Below are positions 37,685 through 47,513 of a stretch of DNA of 64,000 nt, piece after piece; position 1 is the first letter of the stretch, and each line of letters opens with the position of its first letter. The translations under genes were made by a program, and so were the position numbers. The notes beneath the pieces were generated by a model. It worked only from the letters and a program-made list of their open reading frames with translations, did no database searches and was not told where the DNA came from. The stretch covers positions 310,001 through 374,000 of IMG/VR virus record IMGVR_UViG_3300046616_000314. One strand, 5' to 3'.

Positions 37685-37980
37685 CGGCGGCGGGCCTTGT
37701 TGGCGGCGACCTGTTTCTTACGTCCCTCACGTGCTCCCACCATTTGACGCTCTTGGACAGACCCATTGTAGGAACGTAAAACACGCGAGTAGAGGGCGTC
37801 AACCATCTGATCCAGTTCATCGGGCGATTTTGTAGGATTGCCCCGGATAAGGTTGGCTCGCAAAGTCTTTCTAATCTGATATGACGTGTATGATTTGGTT
37901 TCTTCCCGATTTTCTCGGATCATACGCTTGCTGATTTCAGTAACAGCCGAGTGATAGTTTGTAGAGGTAAGATACGCCAT
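37681..37980 (-). CDS. hypothetical basic protein (leaderless)
   Basis: TTGAGA-N17-TATATT 6 nt before ATG. Confidence 0.6.
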   Translation of the reverse strand: MAYLTSTNYHSAVTEISKRMIRENREETKSYTSYQIRKTLRANLIRGNPTKSPDELDQMVDALYSRVLRSYNGSVQERQMVGAREGRKKQVAANKARRR

Positions 37981-38063
37981 ATAGTTAATATATACGAATT
38001 ATTCCTAACTCTCAATTTTTAGTTCGCTAAATATGTATGTAGTTTATTCGGGAATTTTCATAC

Positions 38064-38558
38064 ATGGCGGTCCAAAGCAAAAACAAAGGGAACACTTTCG
38101 AACGAAAGATTTCAAATCTTTTATCAAAGCGTTTCGCTGAGATTACTGGAATTGAGACGGCTTTCCGCCGGAACATCGATTCGGGATCGTTCTTCGGAGG
38201 CAAGAACCAACAGCGCACGGTTACGCACAATCTTGAAACCGCGACGTTTGGTGATATCGTTTGCCCATCGAATTTTAAATTTTCGCTAGAGTGCAAGCAC
38301 TACAAATCGGCGCCATCTTTTGCGTTGCTGATCAATCAGAACTGGAAAGAATTGGATAGTTGGATTGAACAGGCTTCCCAGGATGCCGCCAATGGCGATA
38401 AGGCTCTTGCGGTCATCGTCAAGTACAACAACGTCCCTGAGATCGTCGTTCTCGATAAACTCCCCGCAGGTTTGACAGCTATCGTCAACTACAAGCAATA
38501 TTTTGTATTGCCTCTGGCTGCATGGCTTGCTCTACCAGATACAGAATTTTTCGATTGA
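38064..38558 (+). CDS. PD-(D/E)XK Holliday-junction resolvase-like nuclease
   Basis: KGNTFER, GDI, LECKHY, W.EQA. Confidence 0.8.
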   Translation: MAVQSKNKGNTFERKISNLLSKRFAEITGIETAFRRNIDSGSFFGGKNQQRTVTHNLETATFGDIVCPSNFKFSLECKHYKSAPSFALLINQNWKELDSWIEQASQDAANGDKALAVIVKYNNVPEIVVLDKLPAGLTAIVNYKQYFVLPLAAWLALPDTEFFD

Positions 38559-38572
38559 GAAAAGAATAGACT

Positions 38573-38962
38573 ATGTTAGATTGTGGTATGGTTTTTAATC
38601 CGATCACCGCTACGAACAAATCTAATAAGATGAAGAAACGCAACCGGCGAAATGTCGGAACTGCGACCAAGCATCGTAAGAAAGAACGTCCCGAGGGCGT
38701 AACTTTCAACTATGAGATCGTTCTTCAACGGGCTTCAAACCCCAATTACAGCTACCAGGGCTCGCCGAAAGAGATCGAGCGACGTAGGATGGTGGATGCC
38801 GTGATCGCCGCGACTAAGCGGATGCCGCAATTCAAAGTCATTGAAAATCCCAGTTATCGTTGGGCGATGACAACTAAGCTCTATGTTATGTCGGAAGACG
38901 AAGTGATCTTCCTGACGCTCATGGCAAAGGATGTGATTTTCCGCGTCTACAAATATTCTTAG
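38573..38962 (+). CDS. hypothetical protein (weak FKLKW-family resemblance)
   Basis: LYVMSEDEVIFLTL near C-terminus. Confidence 0.55.
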   Translation: MLDCGMVFNPITATNKSNKMKKRNRRNVGTATKHRKKERPEGVTFNYEIVLQRASNPNYSYQGSPKEIERRRMVDAVIAATKRMPQFKVIENPSYRWAMTTKLYVMSEDEVIFLTLMAKDVIFRVYKYS

Positions 38963-39246
38963 TAGATGCCGTACTTGAGCCGCATCAGACAAGCGGCTTC
39001 AATCGTTTTGAATTTGAGCGTAGTTTTGTCGTACGACCGAAGACCGAGGGTTGGTAAATCCCCGTCTAAATTATCTTCCATCCATTTTGTTACTTCCGGT
39101 GTGAACTGTGTAATTTGTTTCCCGGTACCATCCCTATAATCATTGTATAGAATATCGTGCGAAACAACGACCATTCGCATTCCGAATTCAGGGTCTTTCA
39201 AATTTTTGGCAAGTTTAGCCAGGATTTCCGTCACAGCCGCGTCCAT
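38959..39246 (-). CDS. FKLKW-family small protein
   Basis: EVTKWMEDNL ... LKFKTIEAACLMRLKYG. Confidence 0.7.
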   Translation of the reverse strand: MDAAVTEILAKLAKNLKDPEFGMRMVVVSHDILYNDYRDGTGKQITQFTPEVTKWMEDNLDGDLPTLGLRSYDKTTLKFKTIEAACLMRLKYGIY

Positions 39247-39248
39247 AT

Positions 39249-39545
39249 CTAAAGCCATTTGAGTTTGAACATCGTTAGGTCTTCTTCCGTGGCGAAGACG
39301 ACTTGGCTGTAACCGGTGTACGGATATTTCGATGCACCACTATGGCAGCGGACAGGATGCATTTCCACGTCATTCTTTTCGCACCATTCATCAATGTCGC
39401 CTCTAAGGCGCATGGTGGACATCGGGTCTGCCAAATCGAATTGACTTATGACAAACGCATACGGAACCCGGATGACCAACGGTAATTGCTCACCCCGGCG
39501 GGCTTGCAATCGAATTTCGTTTAGGTCGCCCGGTTGGATTATCAT
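39249..39545 (-). CDS. FKLKW-family small protein
   Basis: EWCEKND ... VFATEEDLTMFKLKWL. Confidence 0.8.
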   Translation of the reverse strand: MIIQPGDLNEIRLQARRGEQLPLVIRVPYAFVISQFDLADPMSTMRLRGDIDEWCEKNDVEMHPVRCHSGASKYPYTGYSQVVFATEEDLTMFKLKWL

Positions 39546-39742
39546 CGGAAATAAGTCGAGATTGCGTTGATCGCCATGCGCAACGCACTGAGGTTCAGCA
39601 GCAGGAAGCCAGACCAAAACATGATGGTCTGAGTCATGATTTCCTTGGGATCGAGATCGGGAAGCTTATCCAGAATCTTACCAGCCATGACAAAGGCTGT
39701 CGCCAGGGCAAGAAATCCCGCAACGGTCCAGATGCTAATCAT
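39542..39742 (-). CDS. small membrane protein
   Basis: Two TM helices. Confidence 0.5.
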   Translation of the reverse strand: MISIWTVAGFLALATAFVMAGKILDKLPDLDPKEIMTQTIMFWSGFLLLNLSALRMAINAISTYFR

Positions 39743-40124
39743 CTTTTTTATTATACCAGTAATGAACCGAGCCGTTGGCATCCTTGTAGGATTTCTCGTA
39801 ATCAATACTGATTACCTTAGCGAGCCAAGGTGTAATGATTCGATAGTGCTGGGGATGACGTTCTTGATCCATCGTATAGGAAGACATTTTTATAGCCTTC
39901 ACTGTACGCTTGCCCGTGGGGGTTTCATACAAATCCCAACGCCACATGACGCCGCTACTAGTTTCACCAAGTACCGTATGCTTAAACACAGGAGTACGTG
40001 CATAAATCGCGTCAGCCTTCAACGCCCGCTTGGCTTCTCGCCAGCGGAAGAATTCGACATACCAACGGACTAAGAAAAAACTCTTGTCCTCGATTTTAGT
40101 CAGAGTAGTCATGTAACCTATCAT
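39735..40124 (-). CDS. hypothetical protein
   Basis: Operon ORF. Confidence 0.55.
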   Translation of the reverse strand: MIGYMTTLTKIEDKSFFLVRWYVEFFRWREAKRALKADAIYARTPVFKHTVLGETSSGVMWRWDLYETPTGKRTVKAIKMSSYTMDQERHPQHYRIITPWLAKVISIDYEKSYKDANGSVHYWYNKKDD

Positions 40125-40530
40125 GCCACTTCATTTTGTAGAGCACAAGATTTTCTTCAGTGTTAAACATAATAAATGCAGGCGGAAGCTTAAACCCGTG
40201 GTTCGCCTTGAAGGTGTCAAATTCGGTGCTATCTGGGAAAGCGATCAAGTCCCAATTGAACTTTCCGACCGTCTCATCAAGCCATTTCTTGATTGACGAG
40301 CCGCCTACCGAAAAATGCCATTCATCGGTCCAGCCGTAATAGACTTGGATGTTGTCGGGCGTGGGAGCACGCCATTCTGACCACACATGCCCAATCGTGG
40401 CTCCGCTATGGGGCGGATTGCTACTAGTGCCCGGTTGCCCCCATCGATAGCTTGAGGGATGGATCATGTAGCCTTTATCAATCGGTCCCATGAATTTAGA
40501 AGTGGCTACGTTCAATATCACGTTTGCCAC
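40096..40530 (-). CDS. FKLKW-family protein
   Basis: KWLDETVG ... IMFNTEENLVLYKMKWH. Confidence 0.7.
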   Translation of the reverse strand: MANVILNVATSKFMGPIDKGYMIHPSSYRWGQPGTSSNPPHSGATIGHVWSEWRAPTPDNIQVYYGWTDEWHFSVGGSSIKKWLDETVGKFNWDLIAFPDSTEFDTFKANHGFKLPPAFIMFNTEENLVLYKMKWHDRLHDYSD

Positions 40531-40792
40531 CCATGAATGCCATAGTCAGAATGTCTTCGAACAATTCGGCACGCACACACCGAGCGGGCATGTTGCGAAA
40601 CATAGCACGATTGAAAATCATCGTGTCCACTTCGTTACGCGGGCACTTCAAGACGGTCAGATTGCCTTTCTCATTATATGAGACGAGCAATGGATGCGTA
40701 GGATCACCCCGGAAGAATACGACGACCGGAGTGTTGTCATGCGGGATCGGAAGATAGTCACCTTCCTCCACAATTTTATCCAGAAAGCTCAT
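40496..40792 (-). CDS. hypothetical protein
   Basis: Operon ORF. Confidence 0.5.
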   Translation of the reverse strand: MSFLDKIVEEGDYLPIPHDNTPVVVFFRGDPTHPLLVSYNEKGNLTVLKCPRNEVDTMIFNRAMFRNMPARCVRAELFEDILTMAFMGGKRDIERSHF

Positions 40793-41095
40793 TTAGCCGA
40801 CCTTAAGTTTTACGAACGCGGCTTCCTCTTCAGTCGCGCACGGAATTAACAGCAGTGTATCATGTTCTCGGATAGCCACGATAAGTTTTTTACTGTTGCC
40901 ATTCATATACGTCCATAGCTTTTCGCTGACGCGATTGACTGGGAATTCGAAAACGACAAAATATGCCTCAAGGTTCAAATCAACCCTGGCGCCGACCGAA
41001 GGTACTTCTAAACGATTTACGTTCGACACGCTTGGGCGCACGTAAGTAGAGTGCCGTGGATTTTCACCAATAAGATCGCGAAGGCATTGCTTCAC
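40793..41095 (-). CDS. FKLKW-family small protein (paralogue of 41092-41397)
   Basis: YV.PSVS..NR, LWTYMN, PCATEEEAAFVKLK. Confidence 0.7.
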   Translation of the reverse strand: MKQCLRDLIGENPRHSTYVRPSVSNVNRLEVPSVGARVDLNLEAYFVVFEFPVNRVSEKLWTYMNGNSKKLIVAIREHDTLLLIPCATEEEAAFVKLKVG

Positions 41096-41397
41096 TGGCT
41101 TGCCTTGATTTTCAAGAATGTTGCATCTTCTTCTGATGCGCAGGGGACGTGCAATACCAGCCGGTCATTTGTTGTGACTTCCACAACACAGAATTCATTC
41201 ATATTATTCATATGCGCCCACAAGTAATCACTAATGAAATTGTCATTAAGATGAAATGTAGCGAAATATCCGGTCGCCGCCAAATTCACCAATCCACTAT
41301 TAGCACGGGAGAATCTGTTCATATATGATACACTAGGTGTCACATATAAAAGTTCACGCCAATTCTCACTGACAATAGAGCTAAGCTGTTGCATCAT
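41092..41397 (-). CDS. FKLKW-family small protein
   Basis: YV.PSVS..NR, LWAHMN, PCASEEDATFLKIK. Confidence 0.7.
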   Translation of the reverse strand: MMQQLSSIVSENWRELLYVTPSVSYMNRFSRANSGLVNLAATGYFATFHLNDNFISDYLWAHMNNMNEFCVVEVTTNDRLVLHVPCASEEDATFLKIKASQ

Positions 41398-41738
41398 CCA
41401 AACCTTAGTTTGAAATCAATCATGGCATCTGTATGCTGACCCAGAAAGTCAACAATTAGCATTGCTTTGCTATGAACTATGTAGCGAGCCCCGTAAATCA
41501 AGAAATAATCATTTGTCGTATCGCATAGATAATCAATGATTTTGTCGTGCCGGGGTGTTCTCACGTGGTAGGAGAACGGGAGAATGACTGGATTGTGGAC
41601 CAGAGCATGATGAGCCTCTTCGGTTTTATAGTACCGTTCGGCAACCAAGGTCTTGAACGCGCCATAGTCTACAGGCTTTAGGAATTCGAGACGAACCCGT
41701 TCCGAATCTTCTCCTAAAGCCTGTAGCAGGGTCATCAT
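41394..41738 (-). CDS. FKLKW-family small protein
   Basis: VDF...TDAMIDFKLRFG; ATGA overlap with gp46 stop. Confidence 0.6.
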   Translation of the reverse strand: MMTLLQALGEDSERVRLEFLKPVDYGAFKTLVAERYYKTEEAHHALVHNPVILPFSYHVRTPRHDKIIDYLCDTTNDYFLIYGARYIVHSKAMLIVDFLGQHTDAMIDFKLRFG

Positions 41739-43801
41739 ATCGAAGCGTCGTCCTCTAGACGGGTGAAGCCGTTTTCCTTCTTCACCAACATAATTCGGTC
41801 GATGCGTCCGATCAGTTCTTCGCGGTGACTGATCAAGAACACGTTCTTGCCACGGTCACGCGCGAGGCTTTTCAAGACCGCTAGCGCACTTTCCACACCG
41901 TATTGGTCTAGCCCATTATCGATAAGTTCGTCAACGAAAAATAAATTGACGGTATCGTTGAGGCTTTCCCAAACGTCACGGAACGACCAAGATGTTGCCA
42001 TGATAACACGGTTCATTTCGCCGCGCGACAACTGTTCAAAGTCGAAGTCTCGACCCAACATCGTAATATCAACCGAGAGATCGGATTGGAACTTAACTTC
42101 GTGCGGTAGACCTAACTTGTCGAGATAGTGGTTGACACGTTGGTTCAGGTACGAAAGGTTCTGATCAATGATCTTCTTACGGATGAACGAGTCTTTGGAC
42201 GTGAGAAGCTTCCACAGGAAATCTTGGTGCTGGAACAAGCTCGTATAGTCGTTGATCTTCGCGTAATCAATTTCCTGCAACGTGCCACGCAACGTATCGG
42301 CTTGGGTATTAAAGGGATTTCCCTTTTGACCTTCGACTTCCAATTCCTTCACCAGAGCGTCGAACAGTTGCTTGGCGCGATAAACTTCATCCTTAGAATT
42401 GAATAAAGTTTCCGGCTTGGAGGCTTGGTGATCGTGCGAGAGAACCCGATAGTTCTCCAAGCTTTCCTGATGCGTGCTTAGAGCCAGGACCAACTTTTCC
42501 AATGCGGCTTCCTTGACCGCAGCCTTTTCAGCAGCTTCGGTTTGACGCTTACCAACTTCCGATTGGAGAGTTTCGATTTCTGTTTGAACAGCATCGATAC
42601 TTTTTTCCAATGCAACAATCGTATCCTGAAGCTTGGTGATTTCAGTATTGTGCTTGGTTTGTTGGGTACGCAAGCGTTCAAGCATGTCTTCTAGGTGTTT
42701 AGTATCCTTGAGACCTTGACCACATGACAAACACGAATGAGCATCCGGGTTGGCTAGATCACTTTCGACCTTAGCTAACTTGGACTGTTCGTGGCTGATA
42801 GAATGTTCAATATTGGTAATGCTATCACGAGTACGCTTTATTTCAGATTTGAGACGTGCGACTTGCGAGGATGCGTCAGCAGATGCTTCTTTGGTATATC
42901 GAGAGATATCTGACTGTAGAGAAACCATTTCGCGACGAAGATGGGAGATTTCCCGCTCCGACTCATCCATACTGACACGATATTCACGTTCTTGCCCCGA
43001 CCACAACTCAAGGGCATCAAACTTGATGATTTCTGAGTCATAGTCGATGTCGCGCATTGTCGCAATCTCGTCTGCCAGCGTTGCTAGCGTACGATCATGG
43101 CTACGTTGCCAGGATTCAGCTTGGGCAATCGCGGCGCCAATAGCCGTCTCAATCCGAGTGTTGGCTTCGGTATGAGCCTTGATCATTGATTCTTCGTCGC
43201 GAATCAAATCCTTGGTATTGTCGCGTAGGATTTTCAGCGCAGCAGCACGGGTGCTGATTTGCGTGACGCCCAACAGTTCTTCAATGATTTCTCGCTGATC
43301 GCTGACCTTCATACGCAGGAAAGGTTCGGTATAGGTTGTCATGGCAACAATGTGTTGGAACATTGCGCTAGACATGCCGAAGACTTTGTTGATCTCTGCT
43401 TGTGTGTGACGGTTCTCACCCAAGGCGTCATTCTGATCAACCGCATATTTTTGTTCTTTGTTATTCACATAGAACTTCAGAACGTCAGGCTTCTTGCCGC
43501 GCTCGATACGATACTTGACCCCATCCTTTTCAATATCAATCGTCACCAGCATGTTCTTGCCGTTGATGTTATTGATTAGATTGGGGATTTTGATCTTGCT
43601 GATTGGCTTACCGAAGATACCATAGCTGATGGCTTGCGCCAACGTAGTCTTGCCTGCACCGTTCTTAGTGATGCCGCCATTGGTGTCAGTATTATGACCC
43701 AGGACGAGTGTAAGACCATTCTTATCTAGGTTTACAGCTTGGGTAACGGCACCCGTAGAGAGAAAATTCTTTAGAGTAATATTCGTAATCTTAAGCATCA
43801 A
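41735..43801 (-). CDS. gp46: recombination endonuclease subunit (gp46/SbcC/Rad50-like SMC ATPase)
   Basis: KNFLS.G, NGAGKTT, zinc hook CLSCGQ, LSRGE signature, FVDE, LISH. Confidence 0.95.
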   Translation of the reverse strand: MMLKITNITLKNFLSTGAVTQAVNLDKNGLTLVLGHNTDTNGGITKNGAGKTTLAQAISYGIFGKPISKIKIPNLINNINGKNMLVTIDIEKDGVKYRIERGKKPDVLKFYVNNKEQKYAVDQNDALGENRHTQAEINKVFGMSSAMFQHIVAMTTYTEPFLRMKVSDQREIIEELLGVTQISTRAAALKILRDNTKDLIRDEESMIKAHTEANTRIETAIGAAIAQAESWQRSHDRTLATLADEIATMRDIDYDSEIIKFDALELWSGQEREYRVSMDESEREISHLRREMVSLQSDISRYTKEASADASSQVARLKSEIKRTRDSITNIEHSISHEQSKLAKVESDLANPDAHSCLSCGQGLKDTKHLEDMLERLRTQQTKHNTEITKLQDTIVALEKSIDAVQTEIETLQSEVGKRQTEAAEKAAVKEAALEKLVLALSTHQESLENYRVLSHDHQASKPETLFNSKDEVYRAKQLFDALVKELEVEGQKGNPFNTQADTLRGTLQEIDYAKINDYTSLFQHQDFLWKLLTSKDSFIRKKIIDQNLSYLNQRVNHYLDKLGLPHEVKFQSDLSVDITMLGRDFDFEQLSRGEMNRVIMATSWSFRDVWESLNDTVNLFFVDELIDNGLDQYGVESALAVLKSLARDRGKNVFLISHREELIGRIDRIMLVKKENGFTRLEDDASI

Positions 43802-43942
43802 TCACAACTTTTTGTGCGAACTTATCTGTTCGTCATGGTTAACAATACCCTAATTGCGCTATAAAAGTCAAAATACTTCTGCTATGGGCTTGACATTATC
43901 TGAGAGTATGCGAAGTTAGGAACATAATTTTTGGAGCCATTC

Positions 43943-44284
43943 ATGAGCGGTCTTGAAATCATCCCCGATCTGTTGAAGGTTGACATGAACCGCATCAGGA
44001 TCGATTGCACCGGTCAACGCGACACCTTGGCGACGCTGGGCAACCTGATGTTCATGTGCGGTCTCAACGGTATCAACCCCCTAGAACTGGTCATCGTGGA
44101 TCAAGCTGGGAAGCTGACTGCTGACCAAACTGTCGGGCTGACGGTTATCCAGCGACCGGACAACGGCTGGTATACGGACGTGTTCTGCGCTCAAGAAGAT
44201 AAAATTTTTATCATTCTGGATCGCGCCAACATCGTTCCCGAATTTGTTCGCAATCGCTGCTACAACATTCACGCGGACGGGTAA
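43943..44284 (+). CDS. hypothetical protein
   Basis: GGAG RBS; TTGACA upstream. Confidence 0.65.
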   Translation: MSGLEIIPDLLKVDMNRIRIDCTGQRDTLATLGNLMFMCGLNGINPLELVIVDQAGKLTADQTVGLTVIQRPDNGWYTDVFCAQEDKIFIILDRANIVPEFVRNRCYNIHADG

Positions 44285-44347
44285 TGCTGACTTGACAGCT
44301 AGAGAATAGCTGCTAGTATTCAGTATATTCTTTTTGGAGATTGTTTC

Positions 44348-44557
44348 ATGCACGACCCCGCGCTGACCAACGTCACTTTTTCTGAAACGTTTGCTGGCTC
44401 GGATTTTGCCAAGCAACGCGGGCGTGACATCAACACTCTGATTTCCAACAAGATCAAGCTGGGGCATTTCGCACCCGGTCAGAATTTTCTCGACTTCGGC
44501 GACGTGATTGCCGACCTGATGGCGCAAGCCTACGAAATGGGCAGGGAAGACAATTAA
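44348..44557 (+). CDS. hypothetical protein
   Basis: GGAG RBS; TTGACA at 44292. Confidence 0.6.
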   Translation: MHDPALTNVTFSETFAGSDFAKQRGRDINTLISNKIKLGHFAPGQNFLDFGDVIADLMAQAYEMGREDN

Positions 44558-44558
44558 T

Positions 44559-44867
44559 ATGGATTTCATTCAAAACGTTTTCGGTTTCTGTCGCCGGGTC
44601 AAGAACGACCGGACCATTCTCGACGCCTTCAATCACATGCTGGGCGAGTGCGTCGAACTGAAGGACGAAATCAAGAAGGTCGAAGCCGGTGAAACCGAAG
44701 GCGATGACGGCATTGTCGGCGAAGCTATCGACGTGATGGCTTGCGCCCTGGACATCATCTGGCAGCATCGTCCCGACATCACGTCGGAAGAACTGAACGC
44801 CATCATGACCCGCAAGTGCGAAAAGTGGGAGCGCAAGGTTGCCGAGAAAGCGGCGCAATCCGCATGA
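44559..44867 (+). CDS. MazG-like nucleotide pyrophosphohydrolase
   Basis: GECVELKDEI ... GEAIDVMACALD ... K.EKW. Confidence 0.75.
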   Translation: MDFIQNVFGFCRRVKNDRTILDAFNHMLGECVELKDEIKKVEAGETEGDDGIVGEAIDVMACALDIIWQHRPDITSEELNAIMTRKCEKWERKVAEKAAQSA

Positions 44868-45271
44868 CCTATATGTGGAACGTTGACGGCTTCATGGAGA
44901 AGGCGACCGATAAAGGTTATCTGGTCAACGCCGCGCTCGCGAAGCATTTCGGCTGGACCAAGCCCATCTTGACTGCAAAGTCGGCGCCGGAATACGTCAC
45001 GACTTCCAACGCGAGTCCGCGAGGCGCAGCCGTCTTGGTGTACTTCCCCGACCACGCGGGTAACATGCGCAAGCTCGCGTTTGAGTATGACTATTCCAAG
45101 ATGGTCTTTACTGTTATCGAATTCGTTCCTTCCACGGCTACGACGCCCATGACGACGAAGACGTTGATTACTTTTTCGCCCTGGATTTATCCTGGCGAAA
45201 CCAACTGGTTCATGCAGCCAAGTCACACCGTCGATATTGGTTGGGTGCTTGAACAGATTTATCCGAGGTAG
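44864..45271 (+). CDS. hypothetical protein
   Basis: ATGA-coupled ORF. Confidence 0.6.
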   Translation: MTYMWNVDGFMEKATDKGYLVNAALAKHFGWTKPILTAKSAPEYVTTSNASPRGAAVLVYFPDHAGNMRKLAFEYDYSKMVFTVIEFVPSTATTPMTTKTLITFSPWIYPGETNWFMQPSHTVDIGWVLEQIYPR

Positions 45272-45274
45272 ATC

Positions 45275-45787
45275 ATGACCGCTGTCTTTATTATCAACAA
45301 CGACGGTACGCACGAATTCCTTGACGGCGTGGAATATACTCCGACGTATGCGCGCTTCCCTGACCGGAGATACTATCGCATCAAGGAAATGCGGACGGCT
45401 ATCGGAGAACAAGGCTGGAACGTCTATCGTGGCAAGACCGTGGTTGGGCAAGCCTACCGGGATTCGTGCGCTCAAGGTATCTTCGCGGACAAGTATCACG
45501 AATGGCTGTACACCACGCATAAGGGCATCGTGGCTCAGAACGAGACCATCAAAGCCACGACCGGGCACTATGATCTCAATTTTAGCCTGTTCCAAATCTT
45601 CCTTGGGCGCATCCTCTGGGGATATAAGGACAAGACCACGGCTGGTGAAAAGATCGACTCTGATCTGTATTTTGCAAAGAGTTTCGCGGACGTTGGACCC
45701 ACTGACGGGGAAGTTCATCAGAAGCGTATTCGTGAACGCGATTTGATGCAAAAAATTAAAAATCATTTCGACAATTTCGAGCACTGA
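45275..45787 (+). CDS. hypothetical protein
   Basis: GAGG RBS. Confidence 0.65.
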   Translation: MTAVFIINNDGTHEFLDGVEYTPTYARFPDRRYYRIKEMRTAIGEQGWNVYRGKTVVGQAYRDSCAQGIFADKYHEWLYTTHKGIVAQNETIKATTGHYDLNFSLFQIFLGRILWGYKDKTTAGEKIDSDLYFAKSFADVGPTDGEVHQKRIRERDLMQKIKNHFDNFEH

Positions 45788-45788
45788 C

Positions 45789-46070
45789 ATGGCAGGCGGA
45801 ACCTACGCGGCTGTAGAGCCTACGAAAACTTACCCGGTTTACATTCCGTTGGCATGTGATCTTAAGAACTCGGTGTTTCGGAATTACACTTGGGCTGGGT
45901 TCTCGTTTGGCGATGCGACCCATGTTCACCAGTGGTGCATGAGCAAGTTCGGCTATTCTCCGGTCATTTATTTTGCTGATCATGACGACGACTATTGCTT
46001 CGATATCCGAATGCATTCCGAAGAGGATGTAGCCATGTTTAAACTTAAGTGGTCCGAACTAATGACATGA
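45789..46070 (+). CDS. FKLKW-family small protein
   Basis: QWCMSKFGYSP ... HSEEDVAMFKLKWS. Confidence 0.8.
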   Translation: MAGGTYAAVEPTKTYPVYIPLACDLKNSVFRNYTWAGFSFGDATHVHQWCMSKFGYSPVIYFADHDDDYCFDIRMHSEEDVAMFKLKWSELMT

Positions 46071-46318
46071 CCGGAATTTATACGGCTTATTTTCCAAGTC
46101 ATGCAAACATTGCGAAATCATTATTTCGCAACTGGAATAACGAATTGGGGTTCCCTTCGAAAACCCCTGTTTATCAGTGGTGCATGAAACAATTCGGCTA
46201 TTCTCCCAGAGTGGTTGCCACCGTAGATGTTACACTGGGAAATAATATCAATTACGGATTTGACGCCGAATTGAAATCAGAAAATGATGCCATGATGTTT
46301 AGACTCAAGTGGTGCTAA
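46067..46318 (+). CDS. FKLKW-family small protein
   Basis: QWCMKQFGYSP ... KSENDAMMFRLKWC. Confidence 0.8.
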   Translation: MTGIYTAYFPSHANIAKSLFRNWNNELGFPSKTPVYQWCMKQFGYSPRVVATVDVTLGNNINYGFDAELKSENDAMMFRLKWC

Positions 46319-46378
46319 ATGTCTTGACAGTCTAGTATTCCATGGTATGTTCTCTATATTCTTTATGGAGATCAAGTC

Positions 46379-46891
46379 ATGGAATATCAACGCCTCCCGG
46401 CTAAGAACGGCTTCCTTCTGGTTGATGGCGTTCGTCTGGACGAAATTGATCTCGACAGCTTTAAGTCGTTTCAAACGTTCCACAAATTCTGTGACGATTT
46501 CTGGACTGCCTACGACGCCCACTATGGCGCCGATGGTATGCAACATGAAGATCAAATCTTCGATCAAGCCTACTGCGCTGCGCTGAACGCGACGCGCCAA
46601 CGGCTGTCGGCTGAACGCGCCGCCCAAGACATCGCTACCGAAATGGCGACTCCGATGAACATCGGTGGTGAGAGCTATAATCGCCTTGCCCGCTGCTCGG
46701 TCGCCCATGTTGGCTGGGAATCGGACAACACCGCCTGGATCGTTGAAAAGGACGGCAAGCGTTTTGTGGCTTCGACCGATCACGGACAACAAGCCCTGTC
46801 GAACGAAGACTATCTGAAGGGCAAGCTCGCGGAATATCAAAAGCTGATCCTCGAAACCGAAGACGCTCTGTGGGTGCTCAATGCCCGCTAA
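46379..46891 (+). CDS. hypothetical early protein
   Basis: TTGACA at 46324; GGAG RBS. Confidence 0.7.
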   Translation: MEYQRLPAKNGFLLVDGVRLDEIDLDSFKSFQTFHKFCDDFWTAYDAHYGADGMQHEDQIFDQAYCAALNATRQRLSAERAAQDIATEMATPMNIGGESYNRLARCSVAHVGWESDNTAWIVEKDGKRFVASTDHGQQALSNEDYLKGKLAEYQKLILETEDALWVLNAR

Positions 46892-47084
46892 GAGCCTCAA
46901 GGAACGCATTCTCGACGCCGATGTACGCGCCAGCACTTACCTTGGCGACTACAACGAGCTTGTCGAGCGCGGCTATCCCGAGAGCGGTCCCAAGGCTCAA
47001 ACCTTGTTCCGCAAGGCTCAATTCTGGCTTGATCGCCATACCCTTCTGACCAATCAGGGCGATAAGCCCGCGCCGAAAGAATAA
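46881..47084 (+). CDS. hypothetical protein
   Basis: Operon ORF. Confidence 0.55.
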   Translation: MPAKSLKERILDADVRASTYLGDYNELVERGYPESGPKAQTLFRKAQFWLDRHTLLTNQGDKPAPKE

Positions 47085-47086
47085 TT

Positions 47087-47287
47087 ATGAAGACCTTGAC
47101 CGCAAACGTCCCCGCTGATCTTGTCGATAAGATCGCCCGTGTTGAAGGTCTGGTTCGGGCTGCGGATGAATCGCGGCTGGTGTTCCAGCGGCGTTGCCTG
47201 ATGCTCTATGATATTTCGATGGGGCGCACCACCTATATCGCCACGCGCAAGCCTACACCCGTAGGGGAAGTGGTGCTAGATGCATAA
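47087..47287 (+). CDS. hypothetical protein
   Basis: Operon ORF. Confidence 0.5.
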   Translation: MKTLTANVPADLVDKIARVEGLVRAADESRLVFQRRCLMLYDISMGRTTYIATRKPTPVGEVVLDA

Positions 47288-47513
47288 ACACAAATGCTTT
47301 CGTCAGCGAGAAGCAACACTGTTAACTTATGGCGAAGACCTGAGTTTACAGGAAGACGTTGTTGCGTGGATGAAAGCAAATAACGTTCACTTGACCTTCA
47401 GTAATGTCGGTGGGCGTAGTTATGGGCGGGGCGATGATACTGGTGTACCTATCGTCGTCTATACTTTCGAAGATACCGAACAAGCGTTTTTGTTTAGGCT
47501 CAAGTGGCTCTGA
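47280..47513 (+). CDS. FKLKW-family small protein
   Basis: AWMKANN ... YTFEDTEQAFLFRLKWL. Confidence 0.8.
   Translation: MHKHKCFRQREATLLTYGEDLSLQEDVVAWMKANNVHLTFSNVGGRSYGRGDDTGVPIVVYTFEDTEQAFLFRLKWL

Noticed and set aside
44633-45790. 385-aa minus-strand ORF (likewise 8163-9098, 9819-10592, 16907-17572, 49156-49938)
   Set aside because: Shadows of well-supported opposite-strand genes with biased codon use.
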